A DNA stretch of 64,000 nt from an uncultured Gammaproteobacteria bacterium (GTDB lineage Bacteria; Pseudomonadota; Gammaproteobacteria; UBA9214). The stretch spans positions 256,001 to 320,000 of the forward strand of contig CAVVHS010000007.1 in the NCBI GenBank assembly GCA_963748215.1, given 5' to 3'. Of the stretch, positions 1 to 8,866 are shown piece after piece. The translations under genes were made by a program, and so were the position numbers. Numbering within the stretch: the first letter of the stretch is position 1; every line of letters begins with the position of its first letter. The notes under the pieces were generated by a model. It saw only the letters and a list, made by a program, of their open reading frames with translations. It had not been told where the DNA came from and ran no database searches.

Positions 1-71
1 CATACCGACAGCATGGTCAACGCGATTGCCGACCACACCTGCCGGTTCCAGGTAACAAAGCGCTTTTTCAT
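1..71 (-). CDS. 5' end of a probable exported protein (runs off the window)
   Basis: ATG at 71 with GGAG upstream; reads MKKRFVTWNRQVWSAIALTMLSV, a signal-peptide-like N-terminus. Confidence 0.55.
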   Translation of the reverse strand, partial: MKKRFVTWNRQVWSAIALTMLSV

Positions 72-319
72 TGAATTCGATCTCCAGGGACTCTTGATCC
101 GTGCGTGATTCGTGTTCGTTCTGGCGCGCATTATGAAGTATTACAGGTAGCAGGTCACGGCTTCGGATCTGCGCAACAATCTGAAGTCATGGGAAATATC
201 TCGATAAACACCGTGTATTGATTGTTTATAACCGGTATTTCGAAACGAATTCCGAACTCGGGTTGTGTGACCTGGGCGGCAACTCAGGACGCATCGAAAC
301 ACTGCGTAGTCTGCGGGTC

Positions 320-605
320 GGGTCGGACCTCCCGATTATATTGAAAAACATGAAAGTAATCGGAGAATAGATCGCTATTCAAGGCCCTGGAAGGCCTGTT
401 CCAGGCATGAAATGGCAGCTTTAACGAGCGGCATCATTCCGTGTGAAAACGTTATTTCCAGGTCCGGGCTGGTATGACCTGCAGCCCCGTACCCACGGAC
501 GTTAGCGCATCGGTTTCAGGGGGAAAATGCGTGTGATAAGCGCCTGGAACACTGCATTTATAGGAAAATATTCATAAGAAACAGAATGTTGAGGAGGTCC
601 GACCC
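320..605. repeat. 286-bp MITE-like element bounded by a 13-bp perfect inverted repeat
   Basis: GGGTCGGACCTCC (320-332) / GGAGGTCCGACCC (593-605); inner inverted pair TGTTCCAGGC / GCCTGGAACA; no ORF. Confidence 0.55.
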
Positions 606-623
606 ATTTGGCCCTTCTAAATC

Positions 624-1101
624 CTACAGCAGCAGATCTTCTTCAATTGGATGATAGATGCCGGCGGCATCAACAAGCGAATTGGCTGTGAGTGCAGGCA
701 CGCCATAGACTTCAGTGCTGACGCCGTACTTCTTGCTTGAGCCTGTCCAGTAACAGGTCAAAGTCACCGTCTCCGGAGAGTAAAATCAGCGTGTCGACGT
801 CGCTTGCGATTTCCATGGCGTCAATGGCAATACCAACGTCCCAGTCACCCTTGGCGGAACCGTCACTGCGCTGAATATAGGGCTTGAGTTTTACTGTGAA
901 GCCGATGTCCTTGAGGGCATTCTGGAATTTGAGTTGCTGGCTGTCGCCGCGATGAATGGCATAGGCGGTTGCAGATATGATTTCTCCTGCAGCGCTTATC
1001 TGTTGCCACAGTTTCCGGTAATCGAATTGGCGACCATAGGCCTGGCGCGTGGTGTAATAGATGTTCTGGACATCTGCAAGAATGGCAATTCGTTTCGACA
1101 T
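624..1101 (-). pseudogene. NYN domain (LabA/DUF88) protein, frameshifted near 735
   Basis: DVQN, KGDWDVGIAIDAM and LLSGDGDF motifs; expected C-terminus KYGVSTEVYGVPALTANSLVDAAGIYHPIEEDLLL* continues in another frame to TAG at 624. Confidence 0.85.
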
Positions 1102-1254
1102 GGGACAAAGATAACACGGCATGGCCCGGGCACGTCGTAAACGGACGCAGGGTCATGCCGGGCTGTAGCAGCTATTGCATGGTGGGTGTGTTCAGGGCTG
1201 GCATATTGCTGGACATCCGTTACACCGGGGGAGAGCGGCGGGGTGTTTAAAATG

Positions 1255-1279
1255 ATCGCGGATGGGATCCGCTCCTACA
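1255..1279. repeat. GTAG-family REP-like palindrome
   Basis: reverse complement reads TGTAGGAGCGGATCCCATCCGCGAT; related copies at ~8065, 12882, 20796, 56201. Confidence 0.65.
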
Positions 1280-1343
1280 GGGTGGTTATATGCCAGGCCC
1301 CGGTTTTCGCGAAAAAACCAGGATCAGATCCCGATTGTTGCTG

Positions 1344-1718
1344 TTATCTCAGGATGAGGGTTTTCTCGTATTTCATGGGTTTCTTTTCGTAAACCAGGTT
1401 CAGCTCCCTTTCGAAGCTCACCTTGACGATAAACGTTTCGCCGTCCTGCGTTACCTTGAAGCTGTCCCTCAGGTCATCCAGCTGGTTCATGTTCAGCTGC
1501 TTGTCGATCATGTCCTCGAGTACCCTCGTGCTGCTGACGGGCGTGACTTTATGGGCGTTTTCGATGTTGTCCAGGATGGAATCCACGGTGCCGGCCTCCA
1601 TGTATTGCGGGATATACTGAAGCCCGATGTAGACGCATGCGCCGATGATTGCCAGGATGATGATCGTGACGATGCCGGAAGCACCTTGTTGCGTTTTCTT
1701 GCTGGTGTTCATAGTCAC
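1344..1718 (-). CDS. DUF4845 family membrane-anchored protein
   Basis: N-terminal QQGASG followed by a hydrophobic helix and YIPQYM, typical of DUF4845; ~122 aa. Confidence 0.75.
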   Translation of the reverse strand: MTMNTSKKTQQGASGIVTIIILAIIGACVYIGLQYIPQYMEAGTVDSILDNIENAHKVTPVSSTRVLEDMIDKQLNMNQLDDLRDSFKVTQDGETFIVKVSFERELNLVYEKKPMKYEKTLILR

Positions 1719-1876
1719 TTGTCCTTTTTTGCACAGTAGCCCAGTGTAACAGGAAGAATGACAGGCGGCATGTTACGCACTGTTTCCGTGCACATTTTAA
1801 ACATTCCGGACCCGGGCGCAACGATTCAATACTTCACGCCGGCTTCACCCGGGAATATGCTACGGATCAGGGATAA

Positions 1877-2605
1877 GTGACCAGGTCTTCAGACAAATCC
1901 ATGCATATAGACGCGGAAGAAATCGGACTTAGCTGTCCCGAAACCGGGATATACCATCGCCTGCTGGCGCTGGATGGAAAACATATCCTGGAGCTGGGCT
2001 GTGGCAGTGCTGCAATCACCCGCGACATCGCGACCGCCGGTGCCGATCGTAAAATCACGGCGCTGGAAGTTGACGAAATCGCCCATGAAAAAAACCTGCA
2101 GATAGAGGATTTACCCAATGTGACGTTCGGCCTCGCCGGAGCGGAGGATATCCCGCTGGAAGACGAGTCGGTCGATGTGGTGTTTATGTTCAAATCGCTG
2201 CACCACGTGCCAGTGGATCTGATGGACCAGTCGATGCGGGAAATTCGGCGGGTGTTGAAGCCGGGCGGGCTGGCTTACATATCCGAGCCGGTCTTTGCCG
2301 GTGAATTCAACGAGATCCTGCGGTTGTTCCACGATGAAAAACAGGTTCGCGAGGCCGCGTTCAGTGCTGTGAAAAAGGCGGTTGACGGGGGGTTGTTCAG
2401 CCTGGTCGAGGAAATATTCTTTAATTCACCGATGCAATTCGAAAGCTTCGCGGATTTTGAAAACAGAGTCATCAGGGCCACGCATACCGAACACAGGCTC
2501 GATGAGAAACTCTATGACCTGGTCAAACAACGCTTTGAAGCCCACGTCGGTGATGATGGCGCCCACTTCCTGATGCCGGTGCGCGTGGATCTGTTGAAGA
2601 AGTAA
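1877..2605 (+). CDS. class I SAM-dependent methyltransferase
   Basis: ILELGCGSA motif I, AEDIPLEDESVDVV, SLHHV, RVLKPGG. Confidence 0.9.
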   Translation: MTRSSDKSMHIDAEEIGLSCPETGIYHRLLALDGKHILELGCGSAAITRDIATAGADRKITALEVDEIAHEKNLQIEDLPNVTFGLAGAEDIPLEDESVDVVFMFKSLHHVPVDLMDQSMREIRRVLKPGGLAYISEPVFAGEFNEILRLFHDEKQVREAAFSAVKKAVDGGLFSLVEEIFFNSPMQFESFADFENRVIRATHTEHRLDEKLYDLVKQRFEAHVGDDGAHFLMPVRVDLLKK

Positions 2606-2689
2606 ACGGGGGTTTATACCCGTTTGCCGCCGGTATCAGGGATAATCGTGATCTGGCCCCTTTGTTCAATCCAGGATATCGATACCTCT

Positions 2690-3073
2690 ATGAATTTGAA
2701 TTGTTTCTTCTGCAACCTGGATCAATCGCGCGTCCTGGATAGTAATGAACACTGTTTCATGATCCGGGATGACTTCCCTGTTTCACCAGGACATGCGCTG
2801 GTGATTCCAAAACGGCATGTCGGCTCGTTTTTCGAACTCAATCCGGAGGAGCAGCAGGCGCTGCTGGCATTGCTCGATTCCGCAAAAAGGTCTCTGGATG
2901 CCGAATGTCAACCGGATGCCTATAACATGGGCCTGAACGACGGTCCTGCCGCCGGGCAGAGCATCCCGCACGTACATTTTCACCTCATCCCGCGTTACGC
3001 AGGGGATTGCGATGATCCCCGGGGCGGTGTGAGGTGGATAGTGCCTGGCAAGGCCAGGTACTGGGCGGATTGA
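2690..3073 (+). CDS. HIT family hydrolase
   Basis: CFFC, PVSPGHALVIPKRH, AGQSIPHVHFHLIPR histidine triad. Confidence 0.93.
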   Translation: MNLNCFFCNLDQSRVLDSNEHCFMIRDDFPVSPGHALVIPKRHVGSFFELNPEEQQALLALLDSAKRSLDAECQPDAYNMGLNDGPAAGQSIPHVHFHLIPRYAGDCDDPRGGVRWIVPGKARYWAD

Positions 3074-3155
3074 TGTCGCTTGCGGCTGTCAGTCAGCAGG
3101 CAGGGTCCGATTCAGGTTGGCGCTGATATCCGGAATTATCGGGATCTGACCCTGC

Positions 3156-4229
3156 TTATTCACCGGTGGTAGTCGACGCATCCCGGGCCCTGGTCAGTTC
3201 CCGGCGGCAGGCGGCCAGCTGCTCCTGCAGTCCATCGCGTTCGGTAACCACGGCGGTCATGTCTGCCAGCAGTCCATCGCGTTCGGCAGTTACGGTAGCG
3301 AGGGTATGACCTGTGTTCCGCAGCAGGGTCTTCTGGTTCTCCATTTGGGCCTTGAGTTCGGTCAGCTCGGTATTGGACGCCTCGGCTTGTGCCCTCGCTG
3401 CGCTGAGAAGCGGGTCGGAGCTGATGGCCCCGGCCTGCGCCTGCGGGGCGGCTGGTGTTTCAGCTTGCGAGGTGGTCAGATGCTCATCGGGGCTGGCAGA
3501 CTCGCTGGTCAGGCTGTCGTGTTTCGTCGTCCGTGTCCGTCCGGTATTCTGCAGCGTGGTCCGCTGGCTCTCCAGCCGGGTTTTAAGATCGGACAGCATG
3601 CTCTTGAGCGAATCGGCCTGTGCCATGGCTTTGTCGAGTCGCTGGCTTGAAAGCATGTTCCCGGACTGCGCCTGCTGCAAGGTCTTCATGGCAGTCTGAT
3701 GTTCAGTCTGTAATGCAGCAAGCTGCTTGTGCCGGCTGGCAAGGGCATCGCGCAGCCGTTCACGTTCTGCAGTCAGTTCTGTCACATGCGCCTGTAAGGC
3801 CTGTTGCTCGTTACTGATGATTGCCAGCTTTTCGTTGAGCGTTCGTTCTGCTTCCAGACTTTGCTGAAGCCTGAGGTGAGACTGCTCGAGCGTTGCGTTT
3901 GCCGTGTCCAGTTCCGCAGCCTTTGCTGCCAGTTGTTCCCGGGTCTGTTCGAGTTCCGCGTTGAGGGGATTTTCAGCTGGCGTGGTCGGGACGGCCCGGT
4001 ATTGCCCGTACGGCGGGTAGAAAGACGGCTGCTGGCCATACGCCGGTGGGGTCATCGGCCACGGTGGCGGTGGATGCCAGCCCGGCTGATAACCGCTTAC
4101 GGGTGCAGCTGTCTGCGTGGCAGGTGCGGCTGACCCGTTTGGCATTGCCTGATCCGACCAGGCATTTTCGACCGCGATACCGATCAGTGTGGCTGCAACA
4201 AGGGCATTGATTGACAGCGATTTGTACAT
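3156..4229 (-). CDS. exported coiled-coil hypothetical protein with a Pro/Tyr/Gly-rich N-terminal segment
   Basis: signal-peptide-like MYKSLSINALVAATLIGIAVENAWS; long heptad E/Q/L/A-rich region. Confidence 0.7.
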   Translation of the reverse strand: MYKSLSINALVAATLIGIAVENAWSDQAMPNGSAAPATQTAAPVSGYQPGWHPPPPWPMTPPAYGQQPSFYPPYGQYRAVPTTPAENPLNAELEQTREQLAAKAAELDTANATLEQSHLRLQQSLEAERTLNEKLAIISNEQQALQAHVTELTAERERLRDALASRHKQLAALQTEHQTAMKTLQQAQSGNMLSSQRLDKAMAQADSLKSMLSDLKTRLESQRTTLQNTGRTRTTKHDSLTSESASPDEHLTTSQAETPAAPQAQAGAISSDPLLSAARAQAEASNTELTELKAQMENQKTLLRNTGHTLATVTAERDGLLADMTAVVTERDGLQEQLAACRRELTRARDASTTTGE

Positions 4230-4348
4230 GATATGCTCCGGATACCTGGGGGTAGAACCCGATTGTTCCTGATTGCAGCGGTTATCGGGATTATCCCCGT
4301 TGATCTCCCTGTTCGATGCGGTTCGCAGGCTCACCGTATCCTGCAGGT

Positions 4349-6226
4349 CTATGCTATCGATCTGCGGACTTGTAGCGCGCCAGGCAGGTCCTCGATGCGT
4401 TGTTCAAGCGCGCCGGCGGCGTCGGCCGGGACGGCGCCGGTGGTCAGTAATACCAGTAGCAGGTCCTCGGGGGCGTCCTGAGCGTTCAATTCCTTTTTCA
4501 TCGACGCGTTGAGGCGTTCGACCTGGTAGGCCATACGTTCCGCCTGGCATTCCGCGGGAGACTCCAGCTCCAGCAGGACTTCCAGCTTGAGGCAGGCGGC
4601 CTGTTTTGCTGCCAGGTTGCTTGCCAGTGTGGTGTCGTCCGGGCGGGCGAGCACCTGTCCGAAGCGCTGCTCCATGGCCGCGGCCCGGTCGCCGGCAAGC
4701 GCGGGCAGGGTGTCCCATTCGGCCTTGACAGCCTCCGCAGCGATCGCACTGCCGGCCAGGGTGGCCTGTTCCCACTGGCTGCACAGCGCGGCGCGCCGGG
4801 CGAGATTGTCGAGTTCGGAGGACTGGGCCCGGGATTCCGCGGCCTTGAGTGCCTTGGAGAATTGTTTCTGTGCGTCGCGCCACTTGCGATTCAGGCTGTC
4901 TTCCTGGCCGCGGGGTATCCAGCCAATGGCATCCCAGCGGTCCCTGATCCGGGCGAGTGTTGAGGCGCCGGCGAGCAGTTCCTCGTCACCGGCGGCAGCG
5001 GAGCGGGCCAGTTCCTCGATCAGCGCCTGCTTCTGCTTCAGGTTTTCATTGCGTTCGGCAGACTGTTCGTTGCGTTCGGCATCGCGGCGCTGGTAGCTGA
5101 CATCGCAGGCAGCCTGGAAGCGTTTCCACAGCCTGTTTTCGAGCGCGCGCTTTTCGACGACTGTGATCTGCCATTGTTTTTTAAGTGCCTCCAGCCGGTC
5201 AAGCGCGTCGCGCAGGTTGCTCACTTCACCCAGTGCCTCGATGTCGGCAACGAGTTTTTCACGTGTTTTGAAGGAGCGCGTGCGTTCGCGGGACAGGTGG
5301 TCATCGTATTTTTCAAGCGCCTCACCCAGTGCCCTGGCAAGCGGCTTGCGATGCTTGTGATCGACATTGCCGATTTTCTGGAAATCGCGGCGGGACTGGC
5401 TGATGAATTTATCAATGTCCCGCCAGTCCGGCTGTTTCCAGTCGGTTGACTCGAAGCGTGCGTTCAGGCCGTCGATAATGGCCTGGCGTTGCTTGAGGTT
5501 TTCCGTGCGTTGTTGCTTGAGCTTTTTGAAATGTGCGACGCAGGGTTTGTAGGCCGTTTCACAGGCATGGTCAAAGGTTTTCCAGAGCGCCTTGCCGGCA
5601 TTGTCGCCGGACTTGTCCCAGGCATGCCATTGATCGCGTGCCTGCTGTATGCGCCTGGCGAGTTGTTCCGGCGGCAGGCCCGACTCTGTCAGCTGCGTGA
5701 CCTGGTTGATGAGTTCCTGTCTTGCCTGGGTGGTGCCCCAGTGGCGCCAGGATTCGAGCTCATGCAGCTGCGGGTGTACCTGCTGCAGCCGTGACTCGAT
5801 ATCGGCCCAGCGCTGTTCGGAAAGGCCCCGGATATTGCCCTTGATCGACAACAACCTGTTCTTTGCGCGTTCTGCCTTCTGCAGTTCCTTGTCCCTGACA
5901 GCCGCTTCAAGTTCGTCCATCAGCCCAAGCGCTTTTTCATAGTCGCGGTTGCGGCGCTCCACCTGTTTGTTGATGCGTGCGCGCAGCGATTCCAGCCCGG
6001 TATCGATATCCGCATCCAGCGCGCTGTCACCCGCCTGTTCTTCCTCGCCGGCATCAGGCGTGCCGTCGGTGTTGCGCAGCGCGTCGAGCGCCTTGCGTAC
6101 TTTTTTGGCGCGCGCTTCGTCTATGACACCGGATGCCTCGCGCAGGGCGTTGATTTCGTCGAGAATTGCCTGTCGATTCACGAGTTTGTCGGCTTTCTGT
6201 GGTTTGCTCATGGTGGGGGCGGTCAT
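4349..6226 (-). CDS. DUF349 domain-containing helical protein
   Basis: repeated LWKTFDHACE / LWKRFQAACD and ENLKQKQALIEEL blocks typical of DUF349; start codon uncertain (6226 or 6211). Confidence 0.8.
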   Translation of the reverse strand: MTAPTMSKPQKADKLVNRQAILDEINALREASGVIDEARAKKVRKALDALRNTDGTPDAGEEEQAGDSALDADIDTGLESLRARINKQVERRNRDYEKALGLMDELEAAVRDKELQKAERAKNRLLSIKGNIRGLSEQRWADIESRLQQVHPQLHELESWRHWGTTQARQELINQVTQLTESGLPPEQLARRIQQARDQWHAWDKSGDNAGKALWKTFDHACETAYKPCVAHFKKLKQQRTENLKQRQAIIDGLNARFESTDWKQPDWRDIDKFISQSRRDFQKIGNVDHKHRKPLARALGEALEKYDDHLSRERTRSFKTREKLVADIEALGEVSNLRDALDRLEALKKQWQITVVEKRALENRLWKRFQAACDVSYQRRDAERNEQSAERNENLKQKQALIEELARSAAAGDEELLAGASTLARIRDRWDAIGWIPRGQEDSLNRKWRDAQKQFSKALKAAESRAQSSELDNLARRAALCSQWEQATLAGSAIAAEAVKAEWDTLPALAGDRAAAMEQRFGQVLARPDDTTLASNLAAKQAACLKLEVLLELESPAECQAERMAYQVERLNASMKKELNAQDAPEDLLLVLLTTGAVPADAAGALEQRIEDLPGALQVRRSIA

Positions 6227-6495
6227 AATCGGGTGCAGGTTGTCATTGAGGATGGTTACGTCAAGCAAGGGATCGGGAGACAGTATACTAAGGATGCGCT
6301 GGATAAGTCCTCATTGTGTATAGCAGGGGGATCGGTATGATTTCCGGTCATTGAGTCGGGATTGCCGGGTCACTGCGTACCCCGCAATGGCGACACACCC
6401 CTGCGACGACGGCATGGCGGGGATTAATCCGGAATAATCAGGATTCGGGCACGGTTGACTGGGTCGCCGGGTACCGGGAGATAAAGGAAATTCTG

Positions 6496-7035
6496 ATGGC
6501 GAATTCGTTTGGAGACCAGTTTCTCAAGGCCGGCCTGGTGAACAAGACCCAGCTCGAGAAGGCGCAGAAGTCGAAGAGCAAGCGGCAGAAACTGAAGCAG
6601 AAGCAGAAGGTCGAGGTGGTCGATGAGGCGGCGCTGGCTGCCCGGCAGGCCGCGGCAGAGAAGGCGGCGCGCGATCGCGAACTCAATCGTCGGCAAAAGG
6701 AAGAGGCCGGGCGCAAGGCGGTGCAGGCACAGGTGCGTCAGCTCATCGAACTGAACCGCTTGCCGCGCGATGACGGCGAGGTTGGTTACAACTTCCAGGA
6801 TGGCGCCGCGATTAAAAAGATTTTCGTTTCGGCGGATGTCCACGACAGGCTGGCGCGCGGCCTGCTTGCCATCGCCAGGCTCGATGACCGTTACGAGGTG
6901 ATCCCGTCGGTCGTGGCGGAAAAGATCATGCAGCGCGAGGCATCCAGCATTGTCAGCCATGCGGAGACGCAGCATGAGGGCGGGGAGGACGATGCCTATG
7001 CCGACTACAAGGTGCCCGATGATTTGATGTGGTAA
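6496..7035 (+). CDS. DUF2058 family (YaiL-like) protein
   Basis: N-terminal SFGDQFLKAGLV and C-terminal YADYKVPDDLMW. Confidence 0.9.
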   Translation: MANSFGDQFLKAGLVNKTQLEKAQKSKSKRQKLKQKQKVEVVDEAALAARQAAAEKAARDRELNRRQKEEAGRKAVQAQVRQLIELNRLPRDDGEVGYNFQDGAAIKKIFVSADVHDRLARGLLAIARLDDRYEVIPSVVAEKIMQREASSIVSHAETQHEGGEDDAYADYKVPDDLMW

Positions 7036-7140
7036 GTGATGACAGGGGAGAGGGCGTTGTTCTTTTGCAGGGCTTGATCACCTGGGGTGTCGGTATCAAG
7101 CGGTATGGGAGTTCCTATAACCCAGGATTGTTCACTGCGC

Positions 7141-7323
7141 TCATTCTGCGGGCTGGTCGTCCTCGTCATCGGTCATGACATCGATGGCGGCACCGGTTAC
7201 CTTGAATGGCACCTTGGCGGTTTCGACGGCAAGCGTCGTTACGGCGCCCACCGCGGTTCCGACAACCATGGTCGTACAGCCCTGTAACATCAGTATCGCA
7301 AGCAGGAGTGGTATGTTTTTCAC
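7141..7323 (-). CDS. small lipoprotein
   Basis: lipobox LQGC; GAGGA upstream; 60 aa. Confidence 0.75.
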   Translation of the reverse strand: MKNIPLLLAILMLQGCTTMVVGTAVGAVTTLAVETAKVPFKVTGAAIDVMTDDEDDQPAE

Positions 7324-7645
7324 CTGTCGGTTCCTCTGGCAGTGAATTGCCGGAACTGCCCCGTGACTTCTGCGCAGTTCCCTGACTTACTCTAGATAAA
7401 TCCACGTCTTGTCGTTGTGACCGATCACTCAGGTTAGCGGTGGGTGCAGGCTATTCCTGAAAATTTCCGGCCGTGCGGTGCCGGCTGGGGTCGTGGCGGT
7501 CCCGCTGTCGCCGGCATCATGTTCATCGTCATCGCCAGGTACAGGGTATGGCTGAGGTCAATGCTGCAGGTGTGGTATTGTCGCCGCGCCGGACAGGTCT
7601 GACGGTGATTCGGGACGAGTCAGAACAGGTGCCGGTAAACCTTAG

Positions 7646-7755
7646 GGAACCTCTGATTCATTCGTCATGCCGGCGCATGCCGGCATCCAGGCTATTGAAA
7701 ACACTGGTTCCCGGCATGCGCCGGGATGACGATGAGTGAATTAATCAGAGGTTCC
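7646..7755. mobile_element. 110-bp MITE, copy 1 (IS5-like terminal inverted repeats, REP-like core)
   Basis: TIR GGAACCTCTGATTCATTC / GAATTAATCAGAGGTTCC (17/18); flanks TTAG and CTAG; core GTCATGCCGGC..GCCGGCATCCAG...CTGG..CCCGGCATGCGCCGGGATGAC. Confidence 0.8.
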
Positions 7756-7762
7756 CTAGTTA

Positions 7763-8002
7763 ATGAGTGACGTCATGCCCTATAAAAATCTTTCAGAGCT
7801 TCCCGACAGCGTCAGGGAACACCTGCCCAGGCATGCCAGGGAGATTTACCTGGCGGCCTTCAATAATGCGTGGGAAGAATATCGCGACCCCGGGGACGAG
7901 CGCGGCAAGGCGTCCCGGGAGGAGCTTGCGCATAAGGTCGCCTGGGCGGCGGTCAAGCAGTTGTACGAGAAGCGGGGCGATACGTGGCGCCGCAAGGGGT
8001 AG
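7763..8002 (+). CDS. chaB: ChaB family protein (putative cation transport regulator)
   Basis: MPYKNLSELPDSVREHLP..AREIYLAAFNNAW..AHKVAWAAVK. Confidence 0.9.
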   Translation: MSDVMPYKNLSELPDSVREHLPRHAREIYLAAFNNAWEEYRDPGDERGKASREELAHKVAWAAVKQLYEKRGDTWRRKG

Positions 8003-8160
8003 GCGTTCGACAATAAACGACACCTGCGGGCGCGGGCCGTGTTCGATATCTGTCTGATAAATCCATCGCGCATGAGATGCGCTCCTGCAACTATAAGATA
8101 AACCTGCGGGATCGGGGCGTGTCCGTTCTGTTTGATGAACCCGTCGCGCATGGGATGCAG
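8000..8160. repeat. cluster of degenerate GTAG-family REP-like palindromes between convergent genes
   Basis: ATCGCGCATGAGATGCGCTCCTGCA (8065-8089) and GTCGCGCATGGGATGCAG. Confidence 0.55.
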
Positions 8161-8178
8161 GCTGCCGGGGAGGCAGTC

Positions 8179-8565
8179 CTAGGCAAAGCGCTGTTCAAGG
8201 TATTTGATGATCGCGTCTGACTCGTAAAGCCATTTCGCCCTGCCGTCCGCCTCGGTAATCCGCAGGCAGGGGACCATGATCTTGCCGCCGCATTTCAGCA
8301 GTTGCTTGCGGCTGGGTTCGTGGTTGAGGGCGTCGCGGGTCTCTATGTTCAGCGACAGGCGCTTGATGGCGCGCCGGGTCTTGATGCAGAACGGGCAGGT
8401 GAGGAACTGGTACATGACGAGACCTTTCGTCTGCTCGTCGATGCGTTGCTGATCGGCGGGTTCGCGCTCCATACCACGTGGCGCGGTCAGCCGGTCAGCC
8501 AGCAGCAGGATCGGTCCGACGATGGTGTGCACGAGTTTGAAAAAGTAGCGAATGATGAGTTTCAT
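8179..8565 (-). CDS. glutaredoxin / GST N-terminal domain protein
   Basis: YQFLTCPFCIKTRR, GGKIMVPCLRI, WLYESDAII. Confidence 0.88.
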   Translation of the reverse strand: MKLIIRYFFKLVHTIVGPILLLADRLTAPRGMEREPADQQRIDEQTKGLVMYQFLTCPFCIKTRRAIKRLSLNIETRDALNHEPSRKQLLKCGGKIMVPCLRITEADGRAKWLYESDAIIKYLEQRFA

Positions 8566-8866
8566 AGTGTGGTTCCGTTAAACAAGGCCCGATGGGTGAA
8601 CGGGGCCGGGTTGCAATCCCGTTATTGTGCATCATCCGGCGGGTTCCGGCACGGCGTCATCGCGAGTGGAACGAAGCAAGCTGTTGACTTCATGTGCAAT
8701 CAGCGGGTGATTCCTGCATTGCATGGTTCCGGCATGGCCCGGGCCAGTCTCTCGATCGCCGGGCGATCCCGCCTGCTACCGCCTCGTTCTGCTCCGGGAA
8801 TCCTGTTGCTGTGCCCGAAGGGGGTGTGAGTATAGCAGAAAGGGTGTCGACTCCTGTGATGCGGGG

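Noticed and set aside
4349-4400. Possible frameshift at the DUF349 gene 3' end (alternative ending DCLARYKSADR*)
   Set aside because: Both endings are short and plausible; cannot be decided without homolog alignment
6355-6400. GATTGCC..GCAATG(A/G)C hairpin, possibly a further repeat family (weak echoes near 10270 and 29040)
   Set aside because: Copies are too degenerate to define a consensus from this window alone
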